Source: Candidatus Wolfebacteria bacterium RIFOXYD12_FULL_48_21 (lineage in GTDB: Bacteria > Patescibacteriota > Minisyncoccia > UBA6257 > UBA9933). Taken from it: a stretch of 56,857 nt of DNA. Every line of letters starts with the position of its first letter. Within the stretch, counting starts at the first letter, position 1. The notes under the pieces are model-generated. The model saw only the letters and a list, made by a program, of their open reading frames with translations. It was not told the origin of the DNA and did not search any database. The DNA is taken from positions 1 through 56,857 of the forward strand of contig MGIW01000003.1 in the NCBI GenBank assembly GCA_001793945.1. The letters run 5' to 3'. Both the position numbers and the translations under genes were made by a program. Positions 40,779-49,944 of the stretch are shown here, piece after piece.

Positions 40779-41105
40779 TTACTTCATTTTGATCTCGATA
40801 TCCACCCCGGAAGGCAGGTTGAGCGTGCTCAACGACTCGATGATCTTTTGACTCGGATTGACGATGTCGATGATCCGGTTGTGTACACGCAACTCGAATT
40901 GCTCACGCGCGGTCTTGTGGACGAATGTGGAGCGGTTGACCGTATACTTTTTGTGTTCGGTCGGCAACGGAATCGGACCTACTATTTCCGCTCCGTTTCG
41001 AACGGCCGTATCAACAATTTGCTTGATCGAGTTATCGATCAGCTTATGGTCGTACGATCGTACGCGTAGTCTCAATTTGGATTGTGCTTCTTCTTTCTTG
41101 GCCAT
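40779..41105 (-). CDS. rpsJ: 30S ribosomal protein S10
   Basis: LRLRVRSYDHKLIDNSIKQIVDTA...GPIPLPT...FELRVHNRIIDI. Confidence 0.95.
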   Translation of the reverse strand: MAKKEEAQSKLRLRVRSYDHKLIDNSIKQIVDTAVRNGAEIVGPIPLPTEHKKYTVNRSTFVHKTAREQFELRVHNRIIDIVNPSQKIIESLSTLNLPSGVDIEIKMK

Positions 41106-41152
41106 TGTCAAAATGCTTTATATGAATAATCGCTTTGTTTATACAAGTTTAA

Positions 41153-41210
41153 CTGCAGATCCTTCGACTCCTCCGCCCGCTTGAGGCAGGCGGAGTCGCT
41201 CAGGATGACA
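41153..41210. repeat. palindromic unit between tuf and rpsJ
   Basis: CTGCAGATCCTTCGACTCCTCCGCCCGC-TTGA-GGCAGGCGGAGTCGCTCAGGATGACA. Confidence 0.7.
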
Positions 41211-41219
41211 CAGTTACGC

Positions 41220-42413
41220 TTACTTTATTATCTTTGTTACAACACCTGCGCCTACAGTTCGTCCACCCTCGCGGATAGCAAAACGCTGTTTTTCTTCCAA
41301 AGCTACCGGAGCGATAAGCTTTACGCCAAAGGTGACAGTGTCGCCCGGCATAACCATTTCCATTCCGGCCGGGAGCTCTACTTCTCCGGTCACATCAGTG
41401 GTGCGGATGTAGAACTGCGGCTTATAGCCCTTGAAGAACGGCGTGTGTCGTCCTCCTTCTTCTTTGCTCAAGATAAGCACTTCGGCTTCGAACTCGGTGT
41501 GCGGGGTGAGCGATCCCGGCTTTGCCAGAACCTGTCCTCGTTCCACATCTTCCTTCTTCAAACCGCGCAAGAGCAAACCAACATTATCTCCTGCCATGCC
41601 GGAATCGAGCAATTTGTTGAACATTTCAATACCGGTAACGACTGACTTTGCAGTCGGTCGGATGCCGATGATTTCTATTTCGTCGTTCACCTTAAGCGTA
41701 CCGCGCTCGATACGTCCGGTTACCACAGTTCCGCGACCTTCGATCGAGAAAATGTCTTCTACCGGCATAAGGAACGGCTTATCGGTATCACGAACCGGCT
41801 GCGGGATGTAATCATCACATGCCTTTACCAATTCAAGAATCGGCTTCAATGCTTCGTCATCGACATTGGTCGCCTCAACTGCCTTCAATGCGGAACCACG
41901 AATGATCGGGGTTTCATCGCCAGGGAAGCCATACTTCTTCAACAACTCGCGAACTTCAGCTTCGACGAGGTCGATCAATTCGATATCGTCAACCATGTCG
42001 CACTTGTTCAAGAATACTACAATAGACGGAACGCCAACCTGACGAGCCAACAAAATGTGCTCGCGGGTCTGCGGCATCGGGCCGTCGGTCGCGGAAACTA
42101 CGAGGATCGCACCGTCCATCTGGGCGGCACCGGTGATCATGTTCTTGATGTAGTCTGCGTGTCCCGGAGCATCGATGTGCGCATAGTGGCGCTTCTCGGA
42201 CTCGTATTCGGAGTGGTGCAAAGCGATCGTGATACCACGAGCTTTTTCTTCCGGAGCGTTGTCGATCTGATCGACATTCTCCTTCTTTTTCGTCAACCCT
42301 TTAAGAAACAAGGCGTTGGTGATGGCTGCAGTCAATGTGGTCTTGCCATGGTCAACGTGACCGATGGTGCCGATATTGACATGCGGCTTTGTTCGTTCAA
42401 ATTTTTCTGCCAT
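41220..42413 (-). CDS. tuf: elongation factor Tu
   Basis: 397 aa. [22 protein letters not shown] and the full EF-Tu pattern. Confidence 0.98.
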   Translation of the reverse strand: MAEKFERTKPHVNIGTIGHVDHGKTTLTAAITNALFLKGLTKKKENVDQIDNAPEEKARGITIALHHSEYESEKRHYAHIDAPGHADYIKNMITGAAQMDGAILVVSATDGPMPQTREHILLARQVGVPSIVVFLNKCDMVDDIELIDLVEAEVRELLKKYGFPGDETPIIRGSALKAVEATNVDDEALKPILELVKACDDYIPQPVRDTDKPFLMPVEDIFSIEGRGTVVTGRIERGTLKVNDEIEIIGIRPTAKSVVTGIEMFNKLLDSGMAGDNVGLLLRGLKKEDVERGQVLAKPGSLTPHTEFEAEVLILSKEEGGRHTPFFKGYKPQFYIRTTDVTGEVELPAGMEMVMPGDTVTFGVKLIAPVALEEKQRFAIREGGRTVGAGVVTKIIK

Positions 42414-42586
42414 AATTTTTTAATTGATGTAGGATTTAAGATTTATGATTTAAGAACATATGCATTGAGGATATTTGCCTCAATTCACATCATTCCTAAA
42501 TCTTAAATCTTACCTCTTAAATCTAACAATTTGTTAGTCGACTTGTTTGTTTAATATATCGTATTTTATCTCTTTTCGTCAATATG
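42414..42586. repeat. word-hairpin spacer (GATTTAAGA words)
   Basis: 5' arm is AGGATTTAAGATTTATGATTTAAGA. The centre holds a nested hairpin, TTGAGGATATTTGCCTCAA. 3' arm is CCTAAATCTTAAATCTTACCTCTTAAATCT. Confidence 0.55.
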
Positions 42587-42704
42587 CTGGATTCCCGCCG
42601 GAGTTTATCCCGTACTTGATACGGGACCCGCGTTGGGAATAACAATGCGTGACATTGTTCGTCAACCCAGAATGCACTGGATTCCGGCCTGCGCCGGAAT
42701 GACA
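42587..42704. repeat. GGAATGACA-type units
   Basis: CTGGATTCCCGCCGGAGTTTATCCCGTACTTGATACGGGACCCGCGTTGGGAATAACA (also at 48003-48060 and 49760-49817), then CTGGATTCCGGC-CTGC-GCCGGAATGACA. Confidence 0.75.
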
Positions 42705-42712
42705 GAAAGGGG

Positions 42713-43066
42713 TCAAGAAACGAATTCGATGGTTGCCATCGCCGATCCGTCGCGCATGCGCGCTTCGGCCGACTTTACAACGCGAAGATATCCGCCGTGG
42801 CGCGCCTTATATTTCGGAGCGACCTCGTAAAATATCTTTTCCGCCGCCTTCTTCGGGAGCCGAGCGATGAGCAAGCGCAAGCTTGCCGTATCCTGGTTCT
42901 TTGCGAGGGTTACCATTTTTTCCACTTCCGGCTTCAGCTCTTTTGCTTTTGCCTCGGTAGTCGTGATGCGCTCCTCCAAGATCAGGTTGTTCGCCAAGGT
43001 CTTCATGAGCGCCGTGCGCTGGCCGGTCTTCCTATGAAATTTTCTTCCTTTGCTGAGATGTTTCAT
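42713..43066 (-). CDS. rplQ: 50S ribosomal protein L17
   Basis: MKHLSKGRKFHRKTGQRTALMKTLANNLI..ERITTT.AKAKEL. Confidence 0.9.
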   Translation of the reverse strand: MKHLSKGRKFHRKTGQRTALMKTLANNLILEERITTTEAKAKELKPEVEKMVTLAKNQDTASLRLLIARLPKKAAEKIFYEVAPKYKARHGGYLRVVKSAEARMRDGSAMATIEFVS

Positions 43067-43839
43067 GCTTTTGGTTCTTTCTTTGCTTTCTTTTTCGGTT
43101 CCGGTGCTTCTTCTTCGGAAGATTCTTCGTCCTTTCCTGCTATGCTCGCTCCAATCTCTGCCGCTTTGGCAAAGTGATCCTTAAGGATATTCGCCGCCTT
43201 GTGCACCGCCATGGAAGGCTTAATGCTTCCGTCGGTTTCTACCGTAAGCTTGATGCGGTTAAAGTCGGTCCGCTCGCCGATGCGCATGTTCTCGATGACG
43301 AAGTTTACATTCGTTACCGGGGTAAATATCGCATCAATGGCTATTACGCCAACCGGAAGCTTCTCTATCTTGCGTGCTTCGACCGGTACATAGCCCAATC
43401 CCTTTTCAACGGTTATTTCCATTGAAAGCTCGGTCTTTTTGTCCGTAATGGTCGCAATGTGCGCTTCCGGATTTACAACCTCTACCTGCGCATTCGCCTT
43501 GATGTCTCCTGCGGTCACTTCCTTCTCGCCTTTTACATCGAGTGTCAGGACCTGCGGCTCATCCGCGTGGAACGCGAAGCGGATCTTTTTCATGTTGAGC
43601 GCGAGCTCTACGACATCTTCCATAATACCATCGATCGTCGTGAACTCATGCTTTACATTTTTGATCTTGATCTGTGTTACACATGCACCCGGAAGCGATG
43701 ACAGCAACGCGCGGCGCAATGAGTTTCCTACCGTCAGGCCGTAGCCCGCGTACAGACCTTCGATCTCAAAAACTCCCACCTTATCGGTCTCCGATATCGT
43801 ATTGATTTTTACTGACTCGCTTAATCGTGCGTATTCCAT
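43063..43839 (-). CDS. rpoA: RNA polymerase alpha subunit, N-terminal domain only
   Basis: 258 aa. GNSLRRALLSSLPGA and the full alpha-NTD. It ends in an acidic/Lys-rich tail (KDEESSEEEAPEPKKKAKKEPKA) where the alpha-CTD would normally be. Confidence 0.9.
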   Translation of the reverse strand: MEYARLSESVKINTISETDKVGVFEIEGLYAGYGLTVGNSLRRALLSSLPGACVTQIKIKNVKHEFTTIDGIMEDVVELALNMKKIRFAFHADEPQVLTLDVKGEKEVTAGDIKANAQVEVVNPEAHIATITDKKTELSMEITVEKGLGYVPVEARKIEKLPVGVIAIDAIFTPVTNVNFVIENMRIGERTDFNRIKLTVETDGSIKPSMAVHKAANILKDHFAKAAEIGASIAGKDEESSEEEAPEPKKKAKKEPKA

Positions 43840-43856
43840 AAAAAGAAGAAGTTAGA

Positions 43857-44471
43857 TTATTTTGAGTAGAAGTCAACGACCAAGTTAATATCGAATGGGA
43901 TCTCGACATCGAACGGGAGAGATTTTACCTTTCCTTCGAGCTTTTCCCTGTCGAGCTGCAGCCATGTCGGTGTTTCGTATTTCTTCAGATTCTCCGCCAA
44001 GTCTTTGAACAACGGGGAGGTTTTTGATTTCTCGCGGACCGCCAGTATGTCGCCAACGCGTACCTTAAAGGACGAAATGGTTACCCTGCGTCCGTTGACC
44101 AATATGTGGCCGTGGCTGATGTACTGCTTTGCCGTGATGCGCGACGGGGCAAGACCCATGCGGAATACCGCGTTATCGAGTCGTCGTTCAAGCAGGTTTA
44201 CGATCGTTGTCGTAATGGCCTCCTTTTTATGCAACGCTTCGGTAAATATCCTTTCCATCGCCTTTTCCCTTAGGCCGTAGCTGAACATGATCTTCTGTTT
44301 TTCTGCGAGCTGCAACCCGTATTCAGACAGCTGTTTGCGTCGGGATTTCCCGTGCACACCCGGACGATACGGTCGTCGGATCAATGCGCACTTCCCGGAA
44401 CTGCATCGCTCTGCCTTGAGGAAGAGGTGCACACCGAGTGCCCGTTCTTTTTTTTCTTTTGGACCCATCAT
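43857..44471 (-). CDS. rpsD: 30S ribosomal protein S4
   Basis: 204 aa. RRPYRPGVHGKSRRKQLSEYGLQL and the S4 domain RLDNAVFRMGLAPSR..A.Q.I.HGHI.VNG. Confidence 0.9.
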   Translation of the reverse strand: MMGPKEKKERALGVHLFLKAERCSSGKCALIRRPYRPGVHGKSRRKQLSEYGLQLAEKQKIMFSYGLREKAMERIFTEALHKKEAITTTIVNLLERRLDNAVFRMGLAPSRITAKQYISHGHILVNGRRVTISSFKVRVGDILAVREKSKTSPLFKDLAENLKKYETPTWLQLDREKLEGKVKSLPFDVEIPFDINLVVDFYSK

Positions 44472-44579
44472 ATAAATGACTCAGAACTTATAACTCATAA
44501 CTTATAACGAAATTCTTTAGAGATACCTCCTCCGATCCGCCTTCTGTCATCAGTCAATAGTTATTGGTTAATAGTTTTT
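44472..44579. repeat. word-hairpin spacer (TTATAAC / GTTATTGG words)
   Basis: 5' arm is AACTTATAACTCATAACTTATAAC. 3' arm is CAATAGTTATTGGTTAATAGTT. The arms pair imperfectly. Confidence 0.5.
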
Positions 44580-45035
44580 TTAAATTCTCCGTGGTTTCTT
44601 TGCCCGAGGACCGTTGTGCGGGATAGGAGTTACATCCTTTACCGAAACGATATTGAACCCCTGGTTTGCGAATGAACGAATTGCCGAATCACGGCCCGAG
44701 CCTACGCCCTTTACCACTACTTCGATCTCGTTCAAACCAACCTTCCGCAATTTCTCGACCAATGCCGCAACCGCTTTTGAAGCGGCAAACGGGGTCGCCT
44801 TTTTCGGACCGGCAAAACCAAGGCTTCCTGCGGATACCCATGCGATAACATCGCCGCCCTTATTGGTGACGGTTATCAGCGTGTTGTTATAGGTAGCGTT
44901 GATGAACACCTTTCCCTGCTCGATTTTGCGTGATCCTCCCCCCTTCCCCGAGACCTTGGTCATGGTCTTTTCAAGGGTGTCGCTTTCTTTCAGCACCTGC
45001 GCTTCAGTTTGTTTTATGACTTTTTTCTTACCCAT
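44580..45035 (-). CDS. rpsK: 30S ribosomal protein S11
   Basis: 151 aa. INATYNNTLITVTNKGGDVIAWVSAGSLGFAGPKKATPFAA. Confidence 0.9.
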   Translation of the reverse strand: MGKKKVIKQTEAQVLKESDTLEKTMTKVSGKGGGSRKIEQGKVFINATYNNTLITVTNKGGDVIAWVSAGSLGFAGPKKATPFAASKAVAALVEKLRKVGLNEIEVVVKGVGSGRDSAIRSFANQGFNIVSVKDVTPIPHNGPRAKKPRRI

Positions 45036-45139
45036 AGTATTGACTTATAACTTATAACCTATGACCTATGACAAATGCTTACTTGCTTCATTGCAGGCCA
45101 TTAACCCCATGTTATTTGTTATTAGTTATCAGTTATTTG
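45036..45139. repeat. word-hairpin spacer (TTATAAC/CTATGAC and GTTATTTG words)
   Basis: 5' arm is ACTTATAACTTATAACCTATGACCTATGAC. 3' arm is GTTATTTGTTATTAGTTATCAGTTATTTGTTATTTG. Confidence 0.5.
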
Positions 45140-45523
45140 TTATTTGAGTGAGGACTTGCGCTTTCCGCTTGCAGCGGTCTTGCGTACATTTCCTCGTACG
45201 GTTCGCGAGTTGGTTTTCGTTCGCTGTCCGCGGGTCGGGAGCTTCTTTATGTGCCGGGTGCCCCGGTAACAATTGATATCCTTCAAGCGGGCGATGTTCG
45301 TTTTGATCACCTGTCTCAATTCGCCTTCGACCTTGCAGTTCTTTTCCACATATTCCTGGATCTTTTTCATTTCCTCCTGCGTGAGGTCCTTTGCCATCTT
45401 ATCGGCAGGGATCTTGGTAGCAGCCAAAATAGCATCCGAAGTGGTTTTTCCGATGCCGTGAATGTATGTCAACGCATACTCGACTCTCTTATTGTCTGGA
45501 ATGTTTACACCGACTAATCGCAT
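45140..45523 (-). CDS. rpsM: 30S ribosomal protein S13
   Basis: MRLVGVNIPDNKRVEYALTYIHGIG...YRGTRHIKKLPTRGQRTKTN. Confidence 0.9.
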   Translation of the reverse strand: MRLVGVNIPDNKRVEYALTYIHGIGKTTSDAILAATKIPADKMAKDLTQEEMKKIQEYVEKNCKVEGELRQVIKTNIARLKDINCYRGTRHIKKLPTRGQRTKTNSRTVRGNVRKTAASGKRKSSLK

Positions 45524-45538
45524 GGTAGTGAATGATTA

Positions 45539-45655
45539 TTACCCTTGGCGCTGTTTATGCTTAGGGTTTTTCTTGCAGATGATAAATACGCGACCCTGTC
45601 GGCGCACGGATTTACAATCCTTACAAATTTTTTTGACTGAAGCTCGAACCTTCAT
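45539..45655 (-). CDS. rpmJ: 50S ribosomal protein L36, not in the ORF track
   Basis: 38 aa. [38 protein letters not shown]. Canonical position between infA and rpsM. Confidence 0.9.
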   Translation of the reverse strand: MKVRASVKKICKDCKSVRRQGRVFIICKKNPKHKQRQG

Positions 45656-45763
45656 AATAAATGACTTAGAACTTTTAACTTTTAACTTTTAACGGGATGC
45701 GGAGAATCCTCTCCTTAGCCCGTCTTCCGTCATTAGTTATTGGTCAATGGTTAATAGTTTATT
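45656..45763. repeat. word-hairpin spacer (ACTTTTAAC x3 / GTTATTGG words)
   Basis: 5' arm is GAACTTTTAACTTTTAACTTTTAAC. 3' arm is CATTAGTTATTGGTCAATGGTTAATAGTT. Confidence 0.5.
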
Positions 45764-46003
45764 TTACATTCTCCTCGTGATCCTCCCCCGCGCTCCGTCT
45801 TCGCTCAATTCGAGCGTCACCGTGTCGCCGGGCAGTATCTTGATGTAGTGTATCCGCATCTTGCCGGAGAGATACGCAAGTATCTCTTCGCCTTTTTCCA
45901 GTCGCACCCGGAAGGTCGTGGCCGGCAATGATTCAACAACAATGCCTCGCACGATCGTCTTACCTTGATCTTTTGGTTGTCTCGGTTGCCTCCTGGGTCT
46001 CAT
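45764..46003 (-). CDS. infA: translation initiation factor IF-1
   Basis: 79 aa. [27 protein letters not shown]...IKILPGD.V..ELS, an S1-like fold. Confidence 0.9.
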   Translation of the reverse strand: MRPRRQPRQPKDQGKTIVRGIVVESLPATTFRVRLEKGEEILAYLSGKMRIHYIKILPGDTVTLELSEDGARGRITRRM

Positions 46004-46165
46004 GTAAATGTAGATATTAGACTAAAACAAGTGAACAGTCAAGTGTAAATCACCGCTTTTACGGTGTTTCTCATGACTTGTTCACTTCGTGCGCAGCAAT
46101 ACTTACGGTATGTTTATTATAGTACACTGTTTTTTGAAAAAAACAAGGCTTCTGGCCTTGTTTTT

Positions 46166-47752
46166 TTACTGCAATTCCACTTTTACCCGCTCAACATCGT
46201 TTGGCACGGTGCGGACCCAGAATGGCCACAGTGAAACATCCGCCTTATCCAAGCCATCCGAGCTAAATATGATCGCCTTTAGCTCGTCTTGTGTCTTTCC
46301 CATAACCTTCGATTTGAAATCATCAAGATCGATCGGCTTCCAAAACACCCCCTTGAAATCAACCGGGAGCGTTATTGAACCCGTTTTTGCATCTACAGCC
46401 ATAGTGCCATAGGAAATCGTGTGGCTTTTAATGTGCAATGCATTATCGCCTTTCGCCTGCCGGGCAAGTTCCGTCATCAGTTCAAGTACCTGCGCTTCTT
46501 TGAGCGCGTCTACTCCCCCTTCGGCTTCTATATATACCGAGAAATTGCCGCGATCGTCCACGCCTTCATTTACCACCGTTCTGACGACGGTAAACTTTCT
46601 ACTGCTCTCCATGACCCTGAATCCCTCGGGGACTACCTGCGTGGCAAGAAACGCCTCTATAATATCCTTCATTTGCTGTTCGGCGCTTTCTTTTGCCATT
46701 CGGATATCATCCGCGGTCGGGTATTTGCTTTCGCCGATAAACCCTCCCGTCATCGGGTCTTTCGAGCTCGCATAAAATCCTTCAAACTTTGGCGTTCCCA
46801 CGAACCCGGGGATCGTAAACTTGCTTATTGAGCCCACATTATATGCTTCCCCTGCCTTGTCTGCCGTTACATCTGCTTCAATACTTGCCGCAACCAACTC
46901 GCCGCCTGCCTTTGCCGCCCCCGGAATAACCACGCGGGCATTCAGCCGAAATATCTTCCCATCGGGTGTTTCCAAGCGCGTTCCCGCAACCAACGGCTGG
47001 GAACTCTCGCTAAACTCGTTATATATAGTAACTCTTCCGATTGCCTTTCGTTCTATGCTCTTTGCCGCTCCCGTTGCCGGAAATTGAAATACATTTGTCT
47101 TTTTTTCCAAAAATACCGCTACCGGGATCCTTCGCCCGGCCGGATCCACTTCCGCTATGTTCGTACCGGCACTGATCGTATTTGCGTATTCCCAGTTCGC
47201 CTTTTTGGACACCAATGTTATTTCCGCGCGCGGCAATACGGCCGCAACAACATATGCCGCCATGCCAAGCGCCACGCATACACCGGTCCACGCGACAATG
47301 CCCCCCCATTTGACCCGCTTGTGCTTTTTTCCACCCGAACGCTCTCGGCGTTCTATGCGCTCCAGCACCCTTTTTTCTTCCCGTGATGTCTTTTCTTTGG
47401 GGATATAGGCTATCGGATGATCCATATCCAGCGAAGACATGCTCGGCGCCATGCTCTCGTGCCTATCTTCTCCACTATGCGCGTTTATAATGCGCGGAGC
47501 AGGATGCTCGGAAATATTTTGCACTTCACTTTTTTCATCGATCACTGTTTCCGTCACCGTGCGCCCTTCATTTGCGCTGCCGTTTCTGCCAACGGCTTCC
47601 TTTTGCACTTCCATGTGCAACGATTCCCTTTTTCGTTCATTGGCAAATTGTTCCCGCTGACCCTTTCCGAGTAGCGGATTTATATCATCCTGTACGGATT
47701 TTTTCCGCACGATGTCCATCATCTTCACTTTTTTCAACGGTGCATTGGCCAT
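46166..47752 (-). CDS. membrane-anchored hypothetical protein (528 aa)
   Basis: Charged N-terminal region, a single TM helix (WGGIVAWTGVCVALGMAAYVVAAVL), and a large extracytoplasmic domain. I cannot assign a family with confidence. Confidence 0.55.
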   Translation of the reverse strand: MANAPLKKVKMMDIVRKKSVQDDINPLLGKGQREQFANERKRESLHMEVQKEAVGRNGSANEGRTVTETVIDEKSEVQNISEHPAPRIINAHSGEDRHESMAPSMSSLDMDHPIAYIPKEKTSREEKRVLERIERRERSGGKKHKRVKWGGIVAWTGVCVALGMAAYVVAAVLPRAEITLVSKKANWEYANTISAGTNIAEVDPAGRRIPVAVFLEKKTNVFQFPATGAAKSIERKAIGRVTIYNEFSESSQPLVAGTRLETPDGKIFRLNARVVIPGAAKAGGELVAASIEADVTADKAGEAYNVGSISKFTIPGFVGTPKFEGFYASSKDPMTGGFIGESKYPTADDIRMAKESAEQQMKDIIEAFLATQVVPEGFRVMESSRKFTVVRTVVNEGVDDRGNFSVYIEAEGGVDALKEAQVLELMTELARQAKGDNALHIKSHTISYGTMAVDAKTGSITLPVDFKGVFWKPIDLDDFKSKVMGKTQDELKAIIFSSDGLDKADVSLWPFWVRTVPNDVERVKVELQ

Positions 47753-47818
47753 AAGATAATCTCTGTTGCTTGTATGTTGGTATCATAGCAAATTTTGTGT
47801 GAAATAAAAACGGTTGCA

Positions 47819-48060
47819 TTGTCATCCTGAACTCGTTTCAGGATCTCGCGCGAAGAAAACGAGATTCCGAAATAAATTCGGAATGACCCCGTAAAGTCCG
47901 CCATGGGCGGGCCACGGGGCAAGCAATGCGGGGAGGGTGTCATCCCGTGCCACGACACGGGATCCAGTGTTTTCTGCAGTAGTGACGCAAGGGCATTTAG
48001 ACTCTGGATTCCCGCCGGAGTTTATCCCGTACTTGATACGGGACCCGCGTTCGGAATGAC
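47819..48060. repeat. repeat mosaic upstream of gpmI
   Basis: TGTCATCCTGAACTCGTTTCAGGATCTCG...GATTCCGAAATAAATTCGGAATGAC, then a ~140-bp composite that recurs at 49675-49817. Confidence 0.8.
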
Positions 48061-48112
48061 GCCCTACTTTATTATTTGTCGGCTACGGGCTATTTGCAGT
48101 ACAATACTCTAT

Positions 48113-49666
48113 ATGCAAACACGCAGAACCGTCATTCTTGTTGTTATCGACGGATGGGGCGTCGGGCGACCCGATTTTTCCAATCCTATCCACACCGTCA
48201 ATCCGCAAACGATCGATTTTTTGAAACACAATTTCCCCAGCGGCACCTTGCAGGCTTCGGGCATTTCCGTCGGACTTCCGTGGGGCGAAGAAGGCAATAG
48301 CGAAGTGGGCCACATGAACATGGGCGTCGGCCGGGTCGTGTACCAAAACTATCCAAAGATCACGCTCAGTATTCGCAACAAAACATTTTTTGACAATCCG
48401 GCATTGCAGGATGCGTTCAAGCACGCGACCGCGAACAATTCGTCGGTAAACATCGTCGGGCTTTTGGGCGAAGCAAATGTGCATGCTTCTTTTGAGCATC
48501 TTGAGGCCCTTTTGCAATATGCCGATCAAATACACTTTCCCGCGGATCGGGTCAACTTGCACTTGATTACCGATGGCCGGGACAGCGACCCGCATTCGGC
48601 AATGAAACTTATCGCCAAACTCCCCCACCCCGAACAGCTCGCGAGCATCGGCGGGCGTTATTACGGCATGGATCGCGACAAGCATTGGGACCGCATTCAA
48701 CCCACCTATGCCGTCATGACCGGCTCAGGCGCGGTAGTTACCGATCTCAAGCAGCACATAGAACAGTTCTACGCCAAAGACCTGAATGATGAATACATAG
48801 AGCCCACCCTTGTCGGTCAAACCGCCCGACCGATCAAAAACGACGATGTGGTCATCTTTTTCAATTTCCGCGAAGATCGCATGAAACAGCTGGTCAAAGC
48901 ATTCACCGACCCCACATTCGCCGAGTTTCCTACCGCACCGCTTTCCAATGTGCATTTCTGTTCGTTCATCGAATACGATCGATCGTTCGGGATTCCCGCA
49001 TTTTTCCCGCCCGACCCGCTTGGCAATCCACTTGGCAAAGTACTTGCCGATCATAATAGAACACAGTGGCGCATTGCGGAAACGGAAAAATATGCACATA
49101 TTACCTATTTCTTCAACGGCCTGCGCGAAAAGCCTTTCGACGGAGAATATCGCGTACTCATCCCATCGCGAAAGGAGTTCAGCCATGCCGAGCGCCCGGA
49201 AATGCGCGCAGAAGAAATCACTACGCGCCTCGTGGAAGCCATAGAGGAGCGCGCGTACGACTTTATTTTGGTCAATTACGCAAACGCGGACATCGTCGCG
49301 CATACCGGCAATATGCAGGCAACCGAGCAAGCCGTCAAAATCATCGACACATCCATTAAAAAAGTGGTCGACGCGACGCTTGCAACCGACTCTATTATGG
49401 TCGTCACATCGGACCATGGCAATGCCGAACGCCTTGCCGATCCGTTAACCGGAAAGGCGGAGACGAAGCATGATGCCAGTCCCGTACCTATTTATCTTGT
49501 GGCAAACGAATACAAGCGCCTGCGCAGCGATGCGGAAGTCCACTCGGCGGAACAAGCCTCTATCGGCGTACTCGCCGACATTGCGCCGACCATTCTTGAA
49601 TTGATGCACATCCCGAGACCAGAAGAAATGACCGCGCAAAGTTTAGTGGATCTAATGATTGACTAA
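48113..49666 (+). CDS. gpmI: 2,3-bisphosphoglycerate-independent phosphoglycerate mutase
   Basis: Start at MQTRRTVILVVIDGWG. NSEVGHMNMGVGRVVYQ, ITDGRDSDP, TSDHGNAE. Confidence 0.9.
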   Translation: MQTRRTVILVVIDGWGVGRPDFSNPIHTVNPQTIDFLKHNFPSGTLQASGISVGLPWGEEGNSEVGHMNMGVGRVVYQNYPKITLSIRNKTFFDNPALQDAFKHATANNSSVNIVGLLGEANVHASFEHLEALLQYADQIHFPADRVNLHLITDGRDSDPHSAMKLIAKLPHPEQLASIGGRYYGMDRDKHWDRIQPTYAVMTGSGAVVTDLKQHIEQFYAKDLNDEYIEPTLVGQTARPIKNDDVVIFFNFREDRMKQLVKAFTDPTFAEFPTAPLSNVHFCSFIEYDRSFGIPAFFPPDPLGNPLGKVLADHNRTQWRIAETEKYAHITYFFNGLREKPFDGEYRVLIPSRKEFSHAERPEMRAEEITTRLVEAIEERAYDFILVNYANADIVAHTGNMQATEQAVKIIDTSIKKVVDATLATDSIMVVTSDHGNAERLADPLTGKAETKHDASPVPIYLVANEYKRLRSDAEVHSAEQASIGVLADIAPTILELMHIPRPEEMTAQSLVDLMID

Positions 49667-49674
49667 ACCACGCG

Positions 49675-49887
49675 GGCAAGCAATGCGGGAGAGGGTGTCA
49701 TCCCGGACTTGATCCGGGATCCAGAGTTTTCTGCAGTAGTGACGCAAGGGCATTTAGACTCTGGATTCCCGCCGGAGTTTATCCCGTACTTGATACGGGA
49801 CCCGCGTTCGGAATGACAATGCGGGGATGGAGGGTGGAGGTAAGAGATAAGAGATGCGAGGTGCGAAAAGAGGGTTGGGAATGACAA
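49675..49887. repeat. repeat mosaic downstream of gpmI
   Basis: Direct copy of the 47918-48060 composite, followed by GGAGGTAAGAGATAAGAGATGCGAGGTGCGAAAAGAGGG words. Confidence 0.8.
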
Positions 49888-49911
49888 TACAGATTAAGGA
49901 AATAACACATA

Positions 49912-49940
49912 AAAACACCCGCCAATGGCGGGTGTTTTTA
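49912..49940 (-). terminator. terminator after eno
   Basis: AACACCCGCC-ATTG-GCGGGTGTT then TTTTATG on the minus strand. Confidence 0.7.
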
Positions 49941-49944
49941 TGTG

